Shown here: one piece after another, positions 38,745 to 49,799 of the stretch
Layout: every line of letters starts with the position of its first letter
Numbering within the stretch: the stretch's first letter is position 1
NCBI GenBank assembly: GCA_000165345.1
Contig: CM000434.1
Span: 608,001-672,000 of the forward strand
Direction of reading: 5' to 3'
Length of the DNA: 64,000 nt
Notes under the pieces: model-generated
The model's input: the letters and a program-made list of their open reading frames with translations, nothing else
What the model was told of the DNA's origin: nothing
The model's database searches: none
Program-made: the position numbers and the translations under genes

Positions 38745-41018
38745 CTAAGCCTTTACTAGGGAGGACTTTCCTCCTCCTCCTTGGATTCCTTTAACAATAT
38801 TAGGAGGAGCTAATTTAGCAAAAATAGGCTTTAGTTTGGAGATATTTTCAATAGTTTTGGTTAATGAGTTACATTGCATTAGTAACTTTGTATACTTTGT
38901 TTTTGCATTGATTAGTGATCTTTCAAGCTGTTCAATTCTTTCTTCCTTCCTCAACAACCTTCTCTCATTTAGTTGACTTTGTGATTTTAGGTTTGAATTC
39001 TGTTCAACCATCTTTTGGTAAAGCTTTCCAAGTTGTTCCATATTTGTATCTAGTTGAGACATTCTTTCAAGCATACTTTTAGTATCTTGGTCATTAATAT
39101 CTAACTTTTTAGCACCTTTATTGCTTTCCTTTAATTGGAGCTCTAAATTAGCAATTCTAGCAACATTATCTTCAATAGTTTCTAATAATGCTTTATGTTC
39201 AGAGCTCCAAGCTGCATCTTCTTTTGGGTCTGTATTGCTTCTAATTGCAAGTAAGTATTCTCTAAGTTGTTGTATTTCACTAGAAAGACTTTGAAAAGCT
39301 TTGTTAGATTCATTTTCCTTTTCTTCATTTCTTCTTTGTGACTCCTCTGACTTATATTCTTCAATTCTGGCTTCTAAGTCGTGAATATGAATCTGTGATT
39401 GCTCAAGTTCTCCTATTAAAGACTTATTTTTGAGTTGAAGATGTTCAACAGTTTCGGCTTGGTCCTGCTGTTGATATTTTGTTTGACTTAACTCTTGGAT
39501 TAAATCGGAAAGTTTGATATTCAAATTTTCCTTTTCTTCAGACATTAACTTGAGATTATTTTCTTTTTCTGAAATCTCTTGCTTTAATTGAGTAATCTTT
39601 TCGCTGTTTTCTTTAAGTTGTTGTTTGGCTTCCTCCAACTCATCCAATTCATCATTATCTAAAGTTCTCATATTTAAAGTGGTCTTTTCAGATCCAGGAA
39701 TGATTCCTTCCTGAAGCTCTTTCCTTTCTCCAATATTCAAAGAAGAATTAAGTATAATACTACCTCCTTTATCTCCAGATGGTTTATTTTCAGGAAGTTC
39801 ACCTCCAAGCTTTTTAACTAACTCTTCGAGAGTTTGAATATAATTGTTTCTCTCTGCCAATTTTCTTTGTGCTGAGTTAAGAAGAACTTGTAATTGTTCA
39901 ACAGAGTATTGTTGGTTGACTTTAGGAGCATTCTTAACCATTTTAGCTCTGATTCCAAATCTTAAAGTACCAATAGTCTCAGATTCATTTACAATACTTG
40001 GAGAACAAGTAACAATTAAAGCTGTAAGAGAGTTCCCACCAAGGGAATTCTGAAGAATTCTTGTTAATTTCGAATCACGATAAGGAATAAAGTTTTTTGT
40101 ATTATCTGTTAGAGCATTGATAACATTTCCCAAGCAACTTAAAGATTTGTTAATGGTTTTAGCTTCATCCAAAGTTAATCCTTCTGCTCCAGTTTTACTA
40201 ATTTTTTCCGATCCTGCAAGATCAACAAGGAAAAGTTTTCCAACTTTAATACTAGAATCAAATACATTCTTTTGCTGAAGTTGTAACATAAAAATCAAAT
40301 GAGATCTTGACGAATATGAATTCATATTTGTAGATGCCACAGCTCTATGCTTATGTCCAAGAGCCATTAACTCAAAAACTTCCTCTGGAGAAGTCACAAA
40401 GTATTCACTTAAGTCCTTTACGTAAATACCATGTATCTTATCTTCATGTATTCTCAGATTACTTTTTGTCCCACTTGTGTCTAATAGATCTCTAATTCTT
40501 TCCATATAAACCTCGCAAATAGAAACTTTTAGTTGAAACTCAATATGTTCCTCAGCATTACTAATGGTTTCAAATACATCATGAACCATACGAGGAATAA
40601 CTCCCATCTTCTCATTGTCTCCAATTATACCTTCCATTGTAAATGTCTTACCACTAGAAGTCTGTCCATAAGCTAAAACTGTTCCATTAATACCTTTAAA
40701 TAGTTGATCTACAATTGGTTTTGCAGCAGTCTTATAAACATAACTTTGATTAGTATCCATAGGAAAAATATGATCTAAATAGAAAGTCCTTTCTTTTGTT
40801 TCACTATCACTTTTTGATTCTGATGAGCTAATCTCTATACATTGTTCAGATCTCACATTTACACACAGCAAGCCATTTCCATGGGTCTTTTCTGCTTCAT
40901 TTGGAGGTCTAACTCTGCAATATACATGGACTCCAGAACCTGAACCATGCTCATTACCTGTTGTTCCTGAAGTTCCGGATACATTTTCTATATTTCCTAA
41001 ATTCTCGTTTTCTCCCAT
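38745..41018 (-). CDS. N-terminal-motor kinesin (kinesin-1-like heavy chain) with a long coiled-coil stalk
   Basis: The track start at 41039 is a TTG; the ATG is the revcomp of cat at 41016-41018 (MGENEN...). Motor motifs present are the P-loop GQTSSGKTFTM, switch I SSRSHLIF and switch II LVDLAGSEK, plus the neck/coiled coil. The tail has a kinesin-1-like PIFAKLAPP motif. An E2F-like gtggcggg lies at about 41367-41374, upstream. Confidence 0.9.
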   Translation of the reverse strand: MGENENLGNIENVSGTSGTTGNEHGSGSGVHVYCRVRPPNEAEKTHGNGLLCVNVRSEQCIEISSSESKSDSETKERTFYLDHIFPMDTNQSYVYKTAAKPIVDQLFKGINGTVLAYGQTSSGKTFTMEGIIGDNEKMGVIPRMVHDVFETISNAEEHIEFQLKVSICEVYMERIRDLLDTSGTKSNLRIHEDKIHGIYVKDLSEYFVTSPEEVFELMALGHKHRAVASTNMNSYSSRSHLIFMLQLQQKNVFDSSIKVGKLFLVDLAGSEKISKTGAEGLTLDEAKTINKSLSCLGNVINALTDNTKNFIPYRDSKLTRILQNSLGGNSLTALIVTCSPSIVNESETIGTLRFGIRAKMVKNAPKVNQQYSVEQLQVLLNSAQRKLAERNNYIQTLEELVKKLGGELPENKPSGDKGGSIILNSSLNIGERKELQEGIIPGSEKTTLNMRTLDNDELDELEEAKQQLKENSEKITQLKQEISEKENNLKLMSEEKENLNIKLSDLIQELSQTKYQQQDQAETVEHLQLKNKSLIGELEQSQIHIHDLEARIEEYKSEESQRRNEEKENESNKAFQSLSSEIQQLREYLLAIRSNTDPKEDAAWSSEHKALLETIEDNVARIANLELQLKESNKGAKKLDINDQDTKSMLERMSQLDTNMEQLGKLYQKMVEQNSNLKSQSQLNERRLLRKEERIEQLERSLINAKTKYTKLLMQCNSLTKTIENISKLKPIFAKLAPPNIVKGIQGGGGKSSLVKA

Positions 41019-41585
41019 AATGCTACTACAATTCTTCAATGAGGAGGTAGCCTTTGATTTTATAGAAATAATTAATATAGCCCAGTTGTTTTTTGAGGTG
41101 GCTCTCTAATAATACTTTACAGAGTTTCTAGGTAAGTTCCCCTTAAAACACTGTTCAGTCAAACTTTACCTCCTATTATCCGAACCTTTAAAACATTGGC
41201 CAAACCTATTATTTTTCCTACTTTCCTCCTTTGAAATCCTAACCTTTTTTTTTCCTAATAAAATAAATCTTTATTTTCTAACATTCATGTAAAACTTGAC
41301 TTTCGGCTACATGCCGTCCAAGTGTGATTAAAATTCAGAATTCAACCTACACACCCTCAATTTACATTGTGGCGGGAAATTTGTTAATAAAAAAAAAAAT
41401 TGTGAATTTCTAATTAATGAAAAAAATAAAATAAATTTAGATGTAATGAATGAGGAAATAGTAAACAATTGTAAATTTAGAATCACTTAACAATTACATA
41501 CTTTTATAATCCAAATTCAAAGGGATTACTAGCTTTAAACACAAAACACTAATCGACTTATTTGAAAAGGAATTACAAAAATGAA

Positions 41586-41950
41586 TCAGATTCCGAGTTT
41601 GTCTGCAATAATGAGTAGGTCTATTGCTTGCGAATCCTCAATCTGAAATTCCCGTGGCTCTTTCTGTTTAGATGAATATTGATGTTTGTACTCTAAATAC
41701 TCAATAACCTTCTTCATTTGACTTGAGTTAATGTAGTTAAATTTCATGCTTCCCGCTTCAAATAACTCATCTTTAATATTAGTAATATATTCAGCCAAGA
41801 CTGGTTTTAGTTGAAATTTCACGCCATCCACACTATAATATAAAGGTAATTAGTTTGAACTTCTTTTTAATTGAGATTGTAACATTCATAATACAACCTA
41901 ACTTACCAAATCAAGTCCAAATATCTCTCTTTTGCTGAGTTCTCAGACAT
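41586..41950 (-). CDS. ELOC: Elongin C (Skp1/BTB-fold subunit), two exons: 41907..41950 and 41586..41832, with a 74-bp intron at 41833..41906
   Basis: Only the 3' exon is in the ORF track. The minus-strand ATG is at 41948-41950. The donor is TTGATTTG|GTAAGT and the acceptor TATTATAG|TGTGGATGGC. The spliced product is MSENSAKERYLDLICVDGVKFQLKPVLAEYITNIKDELFEAGSMKFNYINSSQMKKVIEYLEYKHQYSSKQKEPREFQIEDSQAIDLLIIADKLGI. This follows the Elongin C pattern (Y[VL]KLISSDGHEF.V.RE.A..S.TIK.ML...... and ..EIPEF.I.PE.ALELL.AANFLD). Confidence 0.65.
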
Positions 41951-42357
41951 GTTGAGCTTTTTCTGTTTCTGAGATAAGATTTGTCCAACAATCCCAGCTA
42001 CAATTAATAATCCCACAACATGACTCTTTATTAATTTAGGCGGGAAGGTGAGATTTTTTTTTTTCAGTTTTGATTTAATAAATTTTTGATTTCGAAACGG
42101 GAATAAATAATTATTTTAAATATTTTCTATTTAGATTGTTATGGAATGATAAAATTCTTAATAATTGACATATTAATTTTGAATATTTATTTTATAGTTT
42201 CCATCTTTCTGAAACTTCAAATTTCAACATAAAATCTACAGATTGCAAATACAACTTTCTGTGTGATTATTTTCTTATAAAAATGTTATAATTCCTTCAA
42301 TTATCTCTTTTATTACCCTTTTTCTTTCTTAATAACAAAAAAAATTAGTGCATAATT

Positions 42358-42368
42358 TTTGGCGCCAA
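42358..42368. promoter_or_regulatory. E2F-like box TTTGGCGCCAA about 85 bp upstream of the SRP14 ATG
   Basis: tttttggcgccaact at 42356-42370, read directly. Confidence 0.45.
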
Positions 42369-42451
42369 CTCAAAAATGACTAAGGAGGAAATTCGAAAAA
42401 TATTATTAGGGCCGAAACTAAGAAAAATATAAATAAGAATTATATGGCAAA

Positions 42452-42834
42452 ATGAAAGAGTTTGATGTGAGTGGGTTCATTAATGAATTGAACTCAATTC
42501 TCAGAGATGAGAAGAATAAGAAACCTGTAAGGATCACAATAAAGAGATGTAAGTTGTTAACATTTTTAGCTTTAAGCGATAAAGTTAACTTATAAATTCA
42601 TTTATCACTTTAGATTATCCTGAAATTAAGGGATGCAAGAAAAAACGCAAAGCAATTGAGGAGGAAAAGACCAAGGATAACACGGATAAACATTATCACT
42701 TGGTTAGGGCAACAGATGGAAAAAAGAGGAAGTCGAGAGTCGTAATAAAGAATGAAAAAGACTCAAATACACTTGTCTCTGAACTTAGCAAAAGTTTAGT
42801 TAAAGCTGATATCCAAAAAAAGGTTAGAAAATAA
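42452..42834 (+). CDS. SRP14: Signal recognition particle 14 kDa subunit (SRP14), two exons: 42452..42548 and 42614..42834, with a 65-bp intron
   Basis: Not in the ORF track. ATG at 42452 (an upstream ATG at 42444 hits a stop immediately). The donor is AAGAGAT|GTAAGTTG and the acceptor CACTTTAG|ATTATCC. The spliced product is MKEFDVSGFINELNSILRDEKNKKPVRITIKRYYPEIKGCKKKRKAIEEEKTKDNTDKHYHLVRATDGKKRKSRVVIKNEKDSNTLVSELSKSLVKADIQKKVRK. It matches the SRP14 signature F[LI].EL..L.......V.IT.K+Y... and the LLRATDGKKKIST motif. Confidence 0.7.
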
Positions 42835-42883
42835 ATACAAAGCATTAACCGTTTGGAGATTCTACCAATGCTAGTCAACCTAA

Positions 42884-43960
42884 TCACTTGTTAATTTCAC
42901 TGTTTAAATGAGAAGCAATAATAGTTTCAAAGTGATCTCTGGCATGTTCTATATTATATAAGGCAGATGCAGAGGTTACGCCTAATTTAACATTAATTAG
43001 ATGATATTTTATAGTAACTTGGTTATTTATTAACTTACTTTTATCGTTGATTACTACTAATATATATGAATTTTGAGTGAATCTTTTGATTATACTAGAG
43101 AAATTAGGGGTTTCCAAGTTTATACCAACAAAATTGGTCTGTGACTTTGCGCAAGTTAGCTTAAATTGCTTACAAATATTGGAAATTCTTTCAAAACGTG
43201 ATCTGTGATGCTTTGAATCTAAAGTATTCGAATTCTCAGCATGGGAAATCACAAGAAATGTAGACTTCTCGAAGAGAACTAATTCCACAGCATTACAAGA
43301 TTCCGCTAAAATCTTGAGATTTTTCTCCAAGAGTCCTACATTTGGTATCAATGCATATACAATTTCGCTCCAAGCTGCAAAAAGAGTTTCATCCCAAATC
43401 GTTGTTGGAAAAACTCTGTAATTCATGTTAGATGCAACCCTTCCTATTTCTCTTTCATAATAGTTTATAGCAGATTCCCTCTCTATTGCTGAAAGCTTAT
43501 CCATCTTGTGAACTAAACAAAATAAATGGGATTTAGGTGAAAGAAGCTTCAAATTCTCCACTGTGCTTTTAAAATAAGCAAAATCTTGTTCAATGTCTTT
43601 TGTTGCGTGCTTGGAAGAGTAGTCCTTTCGAACTTCTAATACATAAATTAATACTTCTGTGCTTCTAAATATATGTTCTCTTTGACTCTCAAAATAATTC
43701 TCCATAAAAATATCCTAAAAAACAGCTAATAAGAAAAACTACCTTGTAATTAATCTTCAAAAACTTACTTGGCCTCCACAATCCCAAAGACTTAACACCA
43801 TATTCCCAAAGAACCTTAAGTGTGAATGCTCTATATTATTTGTTGCTGTTAATCTACTTGTATCTTTTGGAAGATAATTCGCAAAGATTATACTCCTCAT
43901 AGAAGTTTTACCTGCTCCTGCTCGTCCCATTAACAATACTTTCTTTCTATCGGAGTTCAT
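42884..43960 (-). CDS. Rag-family small GTPase (RagA/B / Gtr1-like), two exons: 43769..43960 and 42884..43714, with a 54-bp intron at 43715..43768
   Basis: The track start at 43966 is a GTG; the ATG is the revcomp of cat at 43958-43960 ([26 protein letters not shown]...). Exon 1 ends ...LWDCGGQ|GTAAGT. The acceptor TTTTTTAG|GATATTTTTATGGAGAATTATTTT gives ...[31 protein letters not shown]...CLVHKMD...WDETL. The G1 box, the DxxGQ G3 box and the HKMD G4 box are all present. The second half is a RagA-type roadblock domain. Confidence 0.85.
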
Positions 43961-44231
43961 TTTCACTAATTTTTATTTACACATTTCCCCATGTACCTTA
44001 AATATATGGCAAGAAAAGGCGCCAAAGTTCTCATAAGGAGTCATAAGTCAATAGCAATATTAAAATGTAAACGAAGTCCTAATTTATTAAGGAGAGTAAA
44101 TTACAGTTTAATGATACTCTTGATTTATTTAATAGGAAAAAGTATCTGGTCTATTACTTGAAGCTATATCTTGGGGAATCAATAGATCAAAAGAAGGTAA
44201 GAATTATTAGATTTGCCATATATAAGTCAAA

Positions 44232-46880
44232 ATGATTCAAATTCCCGAAAAAACTCAGAAAGACTCTTCAATTTATGGCTTAATTGGTGAATTTGACTTT
44301 TTTGGGGCCTCTGATTCAGATTTTGGAGAGCTTGTCCACACTATTGTTGACCAAATTGGAGGAGAAAATACCAATAATGAAAAGTTGTTTGATGTATTAA
44401 AGAAGAAATTAACCATTCTAGATAATGGGACATTAAACTTGTTTGCTCCTACTAAGTCTTCAAAGCCAGATATTAAGGATATTGTTCTACCCGATGAATC
44501 ATATTTTGACTGTAAGTCAAGTCTGAAGAAAGAGTTGAAAAGTATTTGCCAAAATGCTCAAATAGATTCACAGATTTTTCATTCAAAAGATCTTTCCATT
44601 TTAAGGTTTGTCTTTTCCTATCATAAGTTTTTTAACCCTCAAAATGAGACTAGATATCCCCAAGATTATGATTTTTATGTTATTAAGCATCCCAATACTG
44701 ACTTTAATGGATGCAGGACTTTTGCTATCAAGAAGAAACATGGAAAATCCTCTAAACAGGATGAATCTGATAATGAACAACAACTTATTCCAATTAGTTA
44801 TGTGTCATCTGTTGACAATATTACTACAAAATGGGAAAAGGCAGGAAAAAGGATTATTAACTTAATGCAAGCTATTGTTAACATTGTTCCTAGTGATATT
44901 AAGTTATTTATTACTACTATGCAGGATATTTATCCAATAGCTTTTAGAAATTCTTTGGATTCTTATATTTTGTACTCAAAGCTATTATTTCATGGAATTA
45001 AACTAATTCCTTCAACAATGAGTATTTTACTCAGATTTCTCATTAATAAACTCATCTCTTTAGAGTCTGAGATTCATTCCAAAAATCCAAATAACTATAC
45101 TAAAGAAAGGTTCGAAAAATGGAGACAAGAAGAACTTCAGACAGTTGCAATTAAGATCAGGAGAGGAGAATATGCAGACATTAACTCTGCAAAGTCTTAT
45201 ATACAAGATTTGGATGGTCTAAAAGCTCAATTTTCTCAAAGGTTTACAGAGGAAGATATTGATAGAAATGCTCAGGTTATTGATAATGTTATGAAAGGAC
45301 TATTTGATTTTATTTCTGAAGTATATGAAAATGGTTTCCAATATACTAAAATCTTTGTAAACTCTACTGAAACTTCATATTCTACTCAAACCAAAAACTT
45401 GAAAGTTCCCAGCAATGTTTCAAATATTCTCTCAAGTAGTGATTTGGAATCTTCTGCAGTAGAAGATATTGTTGTTTCAGGATATGGAAAGAAAGAGGAG
45501 TTGTTATACAAACAATTTGTTGATCTTGAAAGCACAATTTTGAATATATTTGAAACTCAAATTCTTGCAATAGAAAGTTGTCAATTCGTTAATTATATTC
45601 CTATATATTTGGTTTGTCATTGCGATTCTTGGTGCGAGAAATTCCTTCAAATTATCTTTAAGAAGTTGTTCAATCCCCATGAGACACTTATCATCAGAGA
45701 ATCCTCAGTAGATTACATTGTATTCTTTGTAACAAACTACCAAATAGTTTGCAACTTTAAATTTTACACACCTTGTATTAAATATTTAATGCAGTTTCTT
45801 CACGACTTTGTTGCTCATTGGAGTATTGAAAAATCTGATCAGAACTTAAGCTCCCAAGAAATTCTTCATTCAAATAAAAGATCAGGATTTAAAAGAAGTT
45901 TTGGAGGTGATTCTCAGAAACATTCACATCTTACTTTAAGAAATTTGTTCGGTTTATATTGTCATGTTGTATTTTCTCTTTGTAAATTTGTTTCAGTTAT
46001 AATAAATGCCATTTTAAGCGAAAATATCCAAGATAGTTCTTTTGAAGATTTATGCTTTCTCATTGACTCTTTACTAAACATGAACCGAGGTTTTATTCCA
46101 TTTATATTATGTGGAGATTTATCTCCAATTAATAATATAGACCCAAGTACTCTTACAATTTTTCTAAAATCTGTTATAATACTGATTTACAAGGTGATTT
46201 CTATTCAAAAGGAGAAATTAAGCATCTCAAAATATTATGGTGCTATTAAGCTTATTTCTGAACTCTTGAATTCCAATAGTAACAAGGAGATAGTTAAAGT
46301 TGAATCAAAGTTATTCTTAGATAAATTATGGCTATGGCATTCTGGAAAATACGTAAACAAATTCAAAACTTCCAACTCTAATTTAATAGAAGACCAAGAT
46401 ATTTCATGCCATATTTTAGAGCTCCTAAAGATGATAGAAGATGAAATGGAAATTCATTCTGAAGAAGAGCCAGAACCTCCAAATCAAGAAATCGATATCC
46501 CAGAAAAAAAATATGGTGAAATGGAGTCATCTATTCTTCCAGAACAATCCCTTTGGGAGTATGTATGGGGAGATGTTCCAGTTTCACATGAAGAATTGGA
46601 ACAAGAGCTTTATGTGACAAAAAACAAAATGTATAAAGAAGATTTGGACAAACAGCTCGACTACTCAAGGGAAGAGTTGAATGGACAAGATGAGGACAAA
46701 GAACCCAAAAGAGGCCTATGCTCAAAGAAACCAAGTTCTTCAGGAATGTCATTATTAGACACTCTTTTATCCTCGGATGCTTTCAAACGTGGAGAAGCTA
46801 TTCTACATAGTTATCAACGAAAACATTCCCCTTCAGGGAAAAAGATGAATAAATTTTCTAGGAAATCTAGGCTATTTTAG
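44232..46880 (+). CDS. Hypothetical protein (882 aa), probably alpha-helical (HEAT/ARM-like); no function assigned
   Basis: ATG at 44232. It is a long open frame whose C-terminal part is acidic and coiled-coil-like. I could not place it in a family by eye. Confidence 0.5.
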   Translation: MIQIPEKTQKDSSIYGLIGEFDFFGASDSDFGELVHTIVDQIGGENTNNEKLFDVLKKKLTILDNGTLNLFAPTKSSKPDIKDIVLPDESYFDCKSSLKKELKSICQNAQIDSQIFHSKDLSILRFVFSYHKFFNPQNETRYPQDYDFYVIKHPNTDFNGCRTFAIKKKHGKSSKQDESDNEQQLIPISYVSSVDNITTKWEKAGKRIINLMQAIVNIVPSDIKLFITTMQDIYPIAFRNSLDSYILYSKLLFHGIKLIPSTMSILLRFLINKLISLESEIHSKNPNNYTKERFEKWRQEELQTVAIKIRRGEYADINSAKSYIQDLDGLKAQFSQRFTEEDIDRNAQVIDNVMKGLFDFISEVYENGFQYTKIFVNSTETSYSTQTKNLKVPSNVSNILSSSDLESSAVEDIVVSGYGKKEELLYKQFVDLESTILNIFETQILAIESCQFVNYIPIYLVCHCDSWCEKFLQIIFKKLFNPHETLIIRESSVDYIVFFVTNYQIVCNFKFYTPCIKYLMQFLHDFVAHWSIEKSDQNLSSQEILHSNKRSGFKRSFGGDSQKHSHLTLRNLFGLYCHVVFSLCKFVSVIINAILSENIQDSSFEDLCFLIDSLLNMNRGFIPFILCGDLSPINNIDPSTLTIFLKSVIILIYKVISIQKEKLSISKYYGAIKLISELLNSNSNKEIVKVESKLFLDKLWLWHSGKYVNKFKTSNSNLIEDQDISCHILELLKMIEDEMEIHSEEEPEPPNQEIDIPEKKYGEMESSILPEQSLWEYVWGDVPVSHEELEQELYVTKNKMYKEDLDKQLDYSREELNGQDEDKEPKRGLCSKKPSSSGMSLLDTLLSSDAFKRGEAILHSYQRKHSPSGKKMNKFSRKSRLF

Positions 46881-46979
46881 ATAAAATAATATGACTAATT
46901 CTATATATTTGTTGTTAATATTTGTAAGTTGGAATATTTTTTTATTTTCTTAATTTTTAATGTGTGAATTAAATTTTAA

Positions 46980-46990
46980 TTTGGCGCCAT
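46980..46990. promoter_or_regulatory. E2F-like box TTTGGCGCCAT about 50 bp upstream of the METTL13-like gene ATG
   Basis: Read directly at 46980-46990. Confidence 0.45.
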
Positions 46991-47035
46991 TTGTCAAACC
47001 AATAATTATTATTATTCTTAGGAAATTATTAGGAA

Positions 47036-49129
47036 ATGGAGCTACTACCAAATTCAGTGGAAGATTTTACAAGTAGTGAATACTGGAGTGAGTTCTTTAA
47101 GAAGTATGGAGGCGAAAGCAACCGAGCATTTGAATGGTATGGAGACTTTGAGGTTCTGAGGGACCTTTTGATACAATCTTTACGTAATAGTGGCAGGTCA
47201 GAACTAGACAATAAGAGGATTTTGCATGTAGGATGTGGAAATTCCACTCTTCCAGCTAAATTGTATGATGAAGGTTTTACAGATATTACAAACATTGACT
47301 TTTCAAGTCAGATTATTGAGTTAATGAGAGAAAAAAATAAGTCCAGGGAAGGATTAAAATGGGTTTGTATGGATATTGAGAAGGACTTTGGTGATTACGT
47401 TGAGAAGGCGGAAAATTTGGGAAAATTTGATACGATTATAGACAAAGGGTTTTTGGATGCTTATTTATCAGACAGTACATCTGAGAATGGACTTTCTTCA
47501 AGAAAAAAATCAACTGATTTTTTGAATTCATCCATTAATCTTTTAGCTCCAAATGGAAGGTATATTTTGATTACTCTAGGCCAGGAGTATGTAGCTAAAG
47601 CTTTAACTATGGGGTTATATAATAAAGGTCTTGAGGTTATTGTTGAGCCTTTAGTTGGAATTAAAGATTCAAAGTTTCTTCCATATTATATTGAGATTAT
47701 CAATAAAAGTGATTTTCAGAATTTTGAGAAGTCATTTTTTAGATTCAGAGGATCTGGGACTGAGGAAATTTGTAGTGCTGAAGGTCAGTGTATTTGGACT
47801 TTAGCAAAAAGACTTAAGGAGCTTTCTGCTATGTTTTGGAATAACAAATATATTGGTGATTTTATGCCAGGAGAAATAAAGGAATACCAGCTTAATATAA
47901 AGGAATCCAAGAATAGCCTTTTTATCACTGTATATGATACAATGAGCAAAGAAAAGAAAAGAAAGCTTACAGTAGGTCTTCTCGTACCTTTAGGAGAGGA
48001 GCAGGATTGGCTTTATTCTACAAGAAAGGGGTTTGAAGAAATCTGTAGTCAAGCCAAGTGTAAGAGATTAATTGTGATTTCAAGATTCTATTCAGATTCA
48101 GAGGAAGCTTTGAAAGTAAGTGAACAGGAAATCCTGGATGAAATTTCGAATAATATCTCTCCTTTAGCTTTAAAAGGTTCTAACAGATTTCCTATTCTAA
48201 CTGTAGGCGGAGACAAGAATCTAGACAAAAAATGTATTTATAGCTGTGATTCAAAGTACTCTAAGGAAATACTTGTTTATGATATTCAAGAGTCTGGTAT
48301 TGAGAAGAGACAAATGATTTTCAGGTCAAGCCCAAGACTTATTCAGTCTGAAGTAGTAATTCGAAGAAATGATTCGAAAACAATTGAAATTGACTATTTA
48401 AGTGGGTTTTCAAATTATTATGTAGGAGTTATATTGGTTTCAAGTCTTATTTTGGATACTAAAAATCAAGACAAAACGAGAAACGCTCTCATTTTAGGCT
48501 TAGGAGGAGGAATCTTAGCTTCAATATTGAGAAAGTTTTATTCAAAGCCTAAACTCCATATTTCTGCAGTTGAAATTGATGAGAATGTAATGAATGTAGC
48601 GAAAAATTACTTTGGATTTTCTGAAAGTGAAACCAAAGTTATTATTGGAGATGCACTGGACTATGTTAATAACAATTATTTAGAGATTAAAGACTCTCTG
48701 GATTATATTATTGTAGATATTAACTCTGGAAATGTGAATGATTCTCTTATGTGTCCAGGAGTAGAGTTTCTTTCTAAAGGGTTTATAGAGAAGCTAATTG
48801 TTTCTTTAACAAAAGATGGTTGTATTGTTTATAACGTTTCATGCAGAGACTCTAATAGAAGAGAAGAGCTTTTTAATGAATTTAGAGATTTGTTGAATAA
48901 AATGGAAGAGAAAACTAATTCCAAAAGAATGATTCTTCAGGCAGTGGAGACAGGAGATGATGAGATTAATGAACTATGGATAATCAAAAGAGAAACAAAT
49001 GATAATATTGAAAAAGTTAGAAACTTTATAATAGAAAATGAATTATTTATAGGTAGTCAGGAAAATACATCTTTAGAGACATATGATAAAAAGGATCTCT
49101 GGATTAAGAGGTTCTCAAATCTTAAGTAG
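47036..49129 (+). CDS. METTL13 (eEF1A-KNMT)-like protein with two methyltransferase domains: an N-terminal class I SAM-MTase and a C-terminal spermidine-synthase-like MTase
   Basis: ATG at 47036. The N-terminus MELLPNSVEDFTSSEYWSEFFKKY...AFEWYGDFEVLRDLL...ILHVGCGNSTLPAKLYDEGFTDITNIDFS closely follows METTL13's N-terminal domain (W..FF......FEWYG.....L......LV.GCGNS.L...LYD.G...I.NID.S). The C-terminal half carries a second motif I, ALILGLGGGILASIL, and motif II, IIVDINSG. Confidence 0.75.
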   Translation: MELLPNSVEDFTSSEYWSEFFKKYGGESNRAFEWYGDFEVLRDLLIQSLRNSGRSELDNKRILHVGCGNSTLPAKLYDEGFTDITNIDFSSQIIELMREKNKSREGLKWVCMDIEKDFGDYVEKAENLGKFDTIIDKGFLDAYLSDSTSENGLSSRKKSTDFLNSSINLLAPNGRYILITLGQEYVAKALTMGLYNKGLEVIVEPLVGIKDSKFLPYYIEIINKSDFQNFEKSFFRFRGSGTEEICSAEGQCIWTLAKRLKELSAMFWNNKYIGDFMPGEIKEYQLNIKESKNSLFITVYDTMSKEKKRKLTVGLLVPLGEEQDWLYSTRKGFEEICSQAKCKRLIVISRFYSDSEEALKVSEQEILDEISNNISPLALKGSNRFPILTVGGDKNLDKKCIYSCDSKYSKEILVYDIQESGIEKRQMIFRSSPRLIQSEVVIRRNDSKTIEIDYLSGFSNYYVGVILVSSLILDTKNQDKTRNALILGLGGGILASILRKFYSKPKLHISAVEIDENVMNVAKNYFGFSESETKVIIGDALDYVNNNYLEIKDSLDYIIVDINSGNVNDSLMCPGVEFLSKGFIEKLIVSLTKDGCIVYNVSCRDSNRREELFNEFRDLLNKMEEKTNSKRMILQAVETGDDEINELWIIKRETNDNIEKVRNFIIENELFIGSQENTSLETYDKKDLWIKRFSNLK

Positions 49130-49148
49130 ATAGGAGTCAGAATTTGAC

Positions 49149-49799
49149 TCATTGTTTACTGCTTGATAAGTATAATTGAATATGATATATTTTTCTCTGT
49201 TCATCCCAATATGTTTGAGTTCTTTGCTTAATTAGCTCTATATTTGGAATTCTTATTCCAATAGTATTATAAGGTTCAGCTCCCACAAATAAGTATTGGT
49301 ATTTCGGGTTAGGTTTTTCAACCTTTTGTTCCCAACAAGACATGATTCTGTAACCAGGAATATGATCCTCAAGAATTTCTTGGAAATAGAATTTGCAATA
49401 TACACAGTTAGTACCAGTTGACCCTTCTCTATGCTTGGAGACTTTATATTTTGGTTGTCCTATCCTTGGAGCTCTTGGCTTAGCTTGCTCTGGATTTTCA
49501 GCCTGAGGTTTCACAACAGCCTTCAAATTTTTCTCTTTGGATGCTCTATATGCCAGATTTGTTTGGTGTTTCCTTCCTTGAGTATGAGACAAATATGATC
49601 CCTCATTTGTGTGAATTGTAGAACAAAGTCTGCATTCAACTTGTCCAAGGTGGTTCTTCATATAGTAAGGATCCTTAGAAAGATCTATGGACTCTAGAGC
49701 AAGCCTCCTAAGTCTCTCTCTCCTCTCAATTGCAATATCCTGGGAGCTCGCCAGAGCTCCACTACCCGTTTTGTGGCCTCCTCTGTTTTCATAGTCCAT
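49149..49799 (-). CDS. SF3A2: Splicing factor 3A subunit 2 (SF3a66/Prp11), with a matrin-type C2H2 zinc finger
   Basis: The product MDYENRGGHKTGSGALASSQDIAIERRERLRRLALESIDLSKDPYYMKNHLGQVECRLCSTIHTNEGSYLSHTQGRKHQTNLAYRA... carries the conserved SF3A2 N-terminus and the CxxC...H...H U1-type finger. The conserved C-terminal core runs to ...VEKPNPKYQYL. By my own count the ATG falls 1 nt from the track's boundary, so I kept the track coordinates. Confidence 0.85.
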   Translation of the reverse strand: MDYENRGGHKTGSGALASSQDIAIERRERLRRLALESIDLSKDPYYMKNHLGQVECRLCSTIHTNEGSYLSHTQGRKHQTNLAYRASKEKNLKAVVKPQAENPEQAKPRAPRIGQPKYKVSKHREGSTGTNCVYCKFYFQEILEDHIPGYRIMSCWEQKVEKPNPKYQYLFVGAEPYNTIGIRIPNIELIKQRTQTYWDEQRKIYHIQLYLSSSKQ

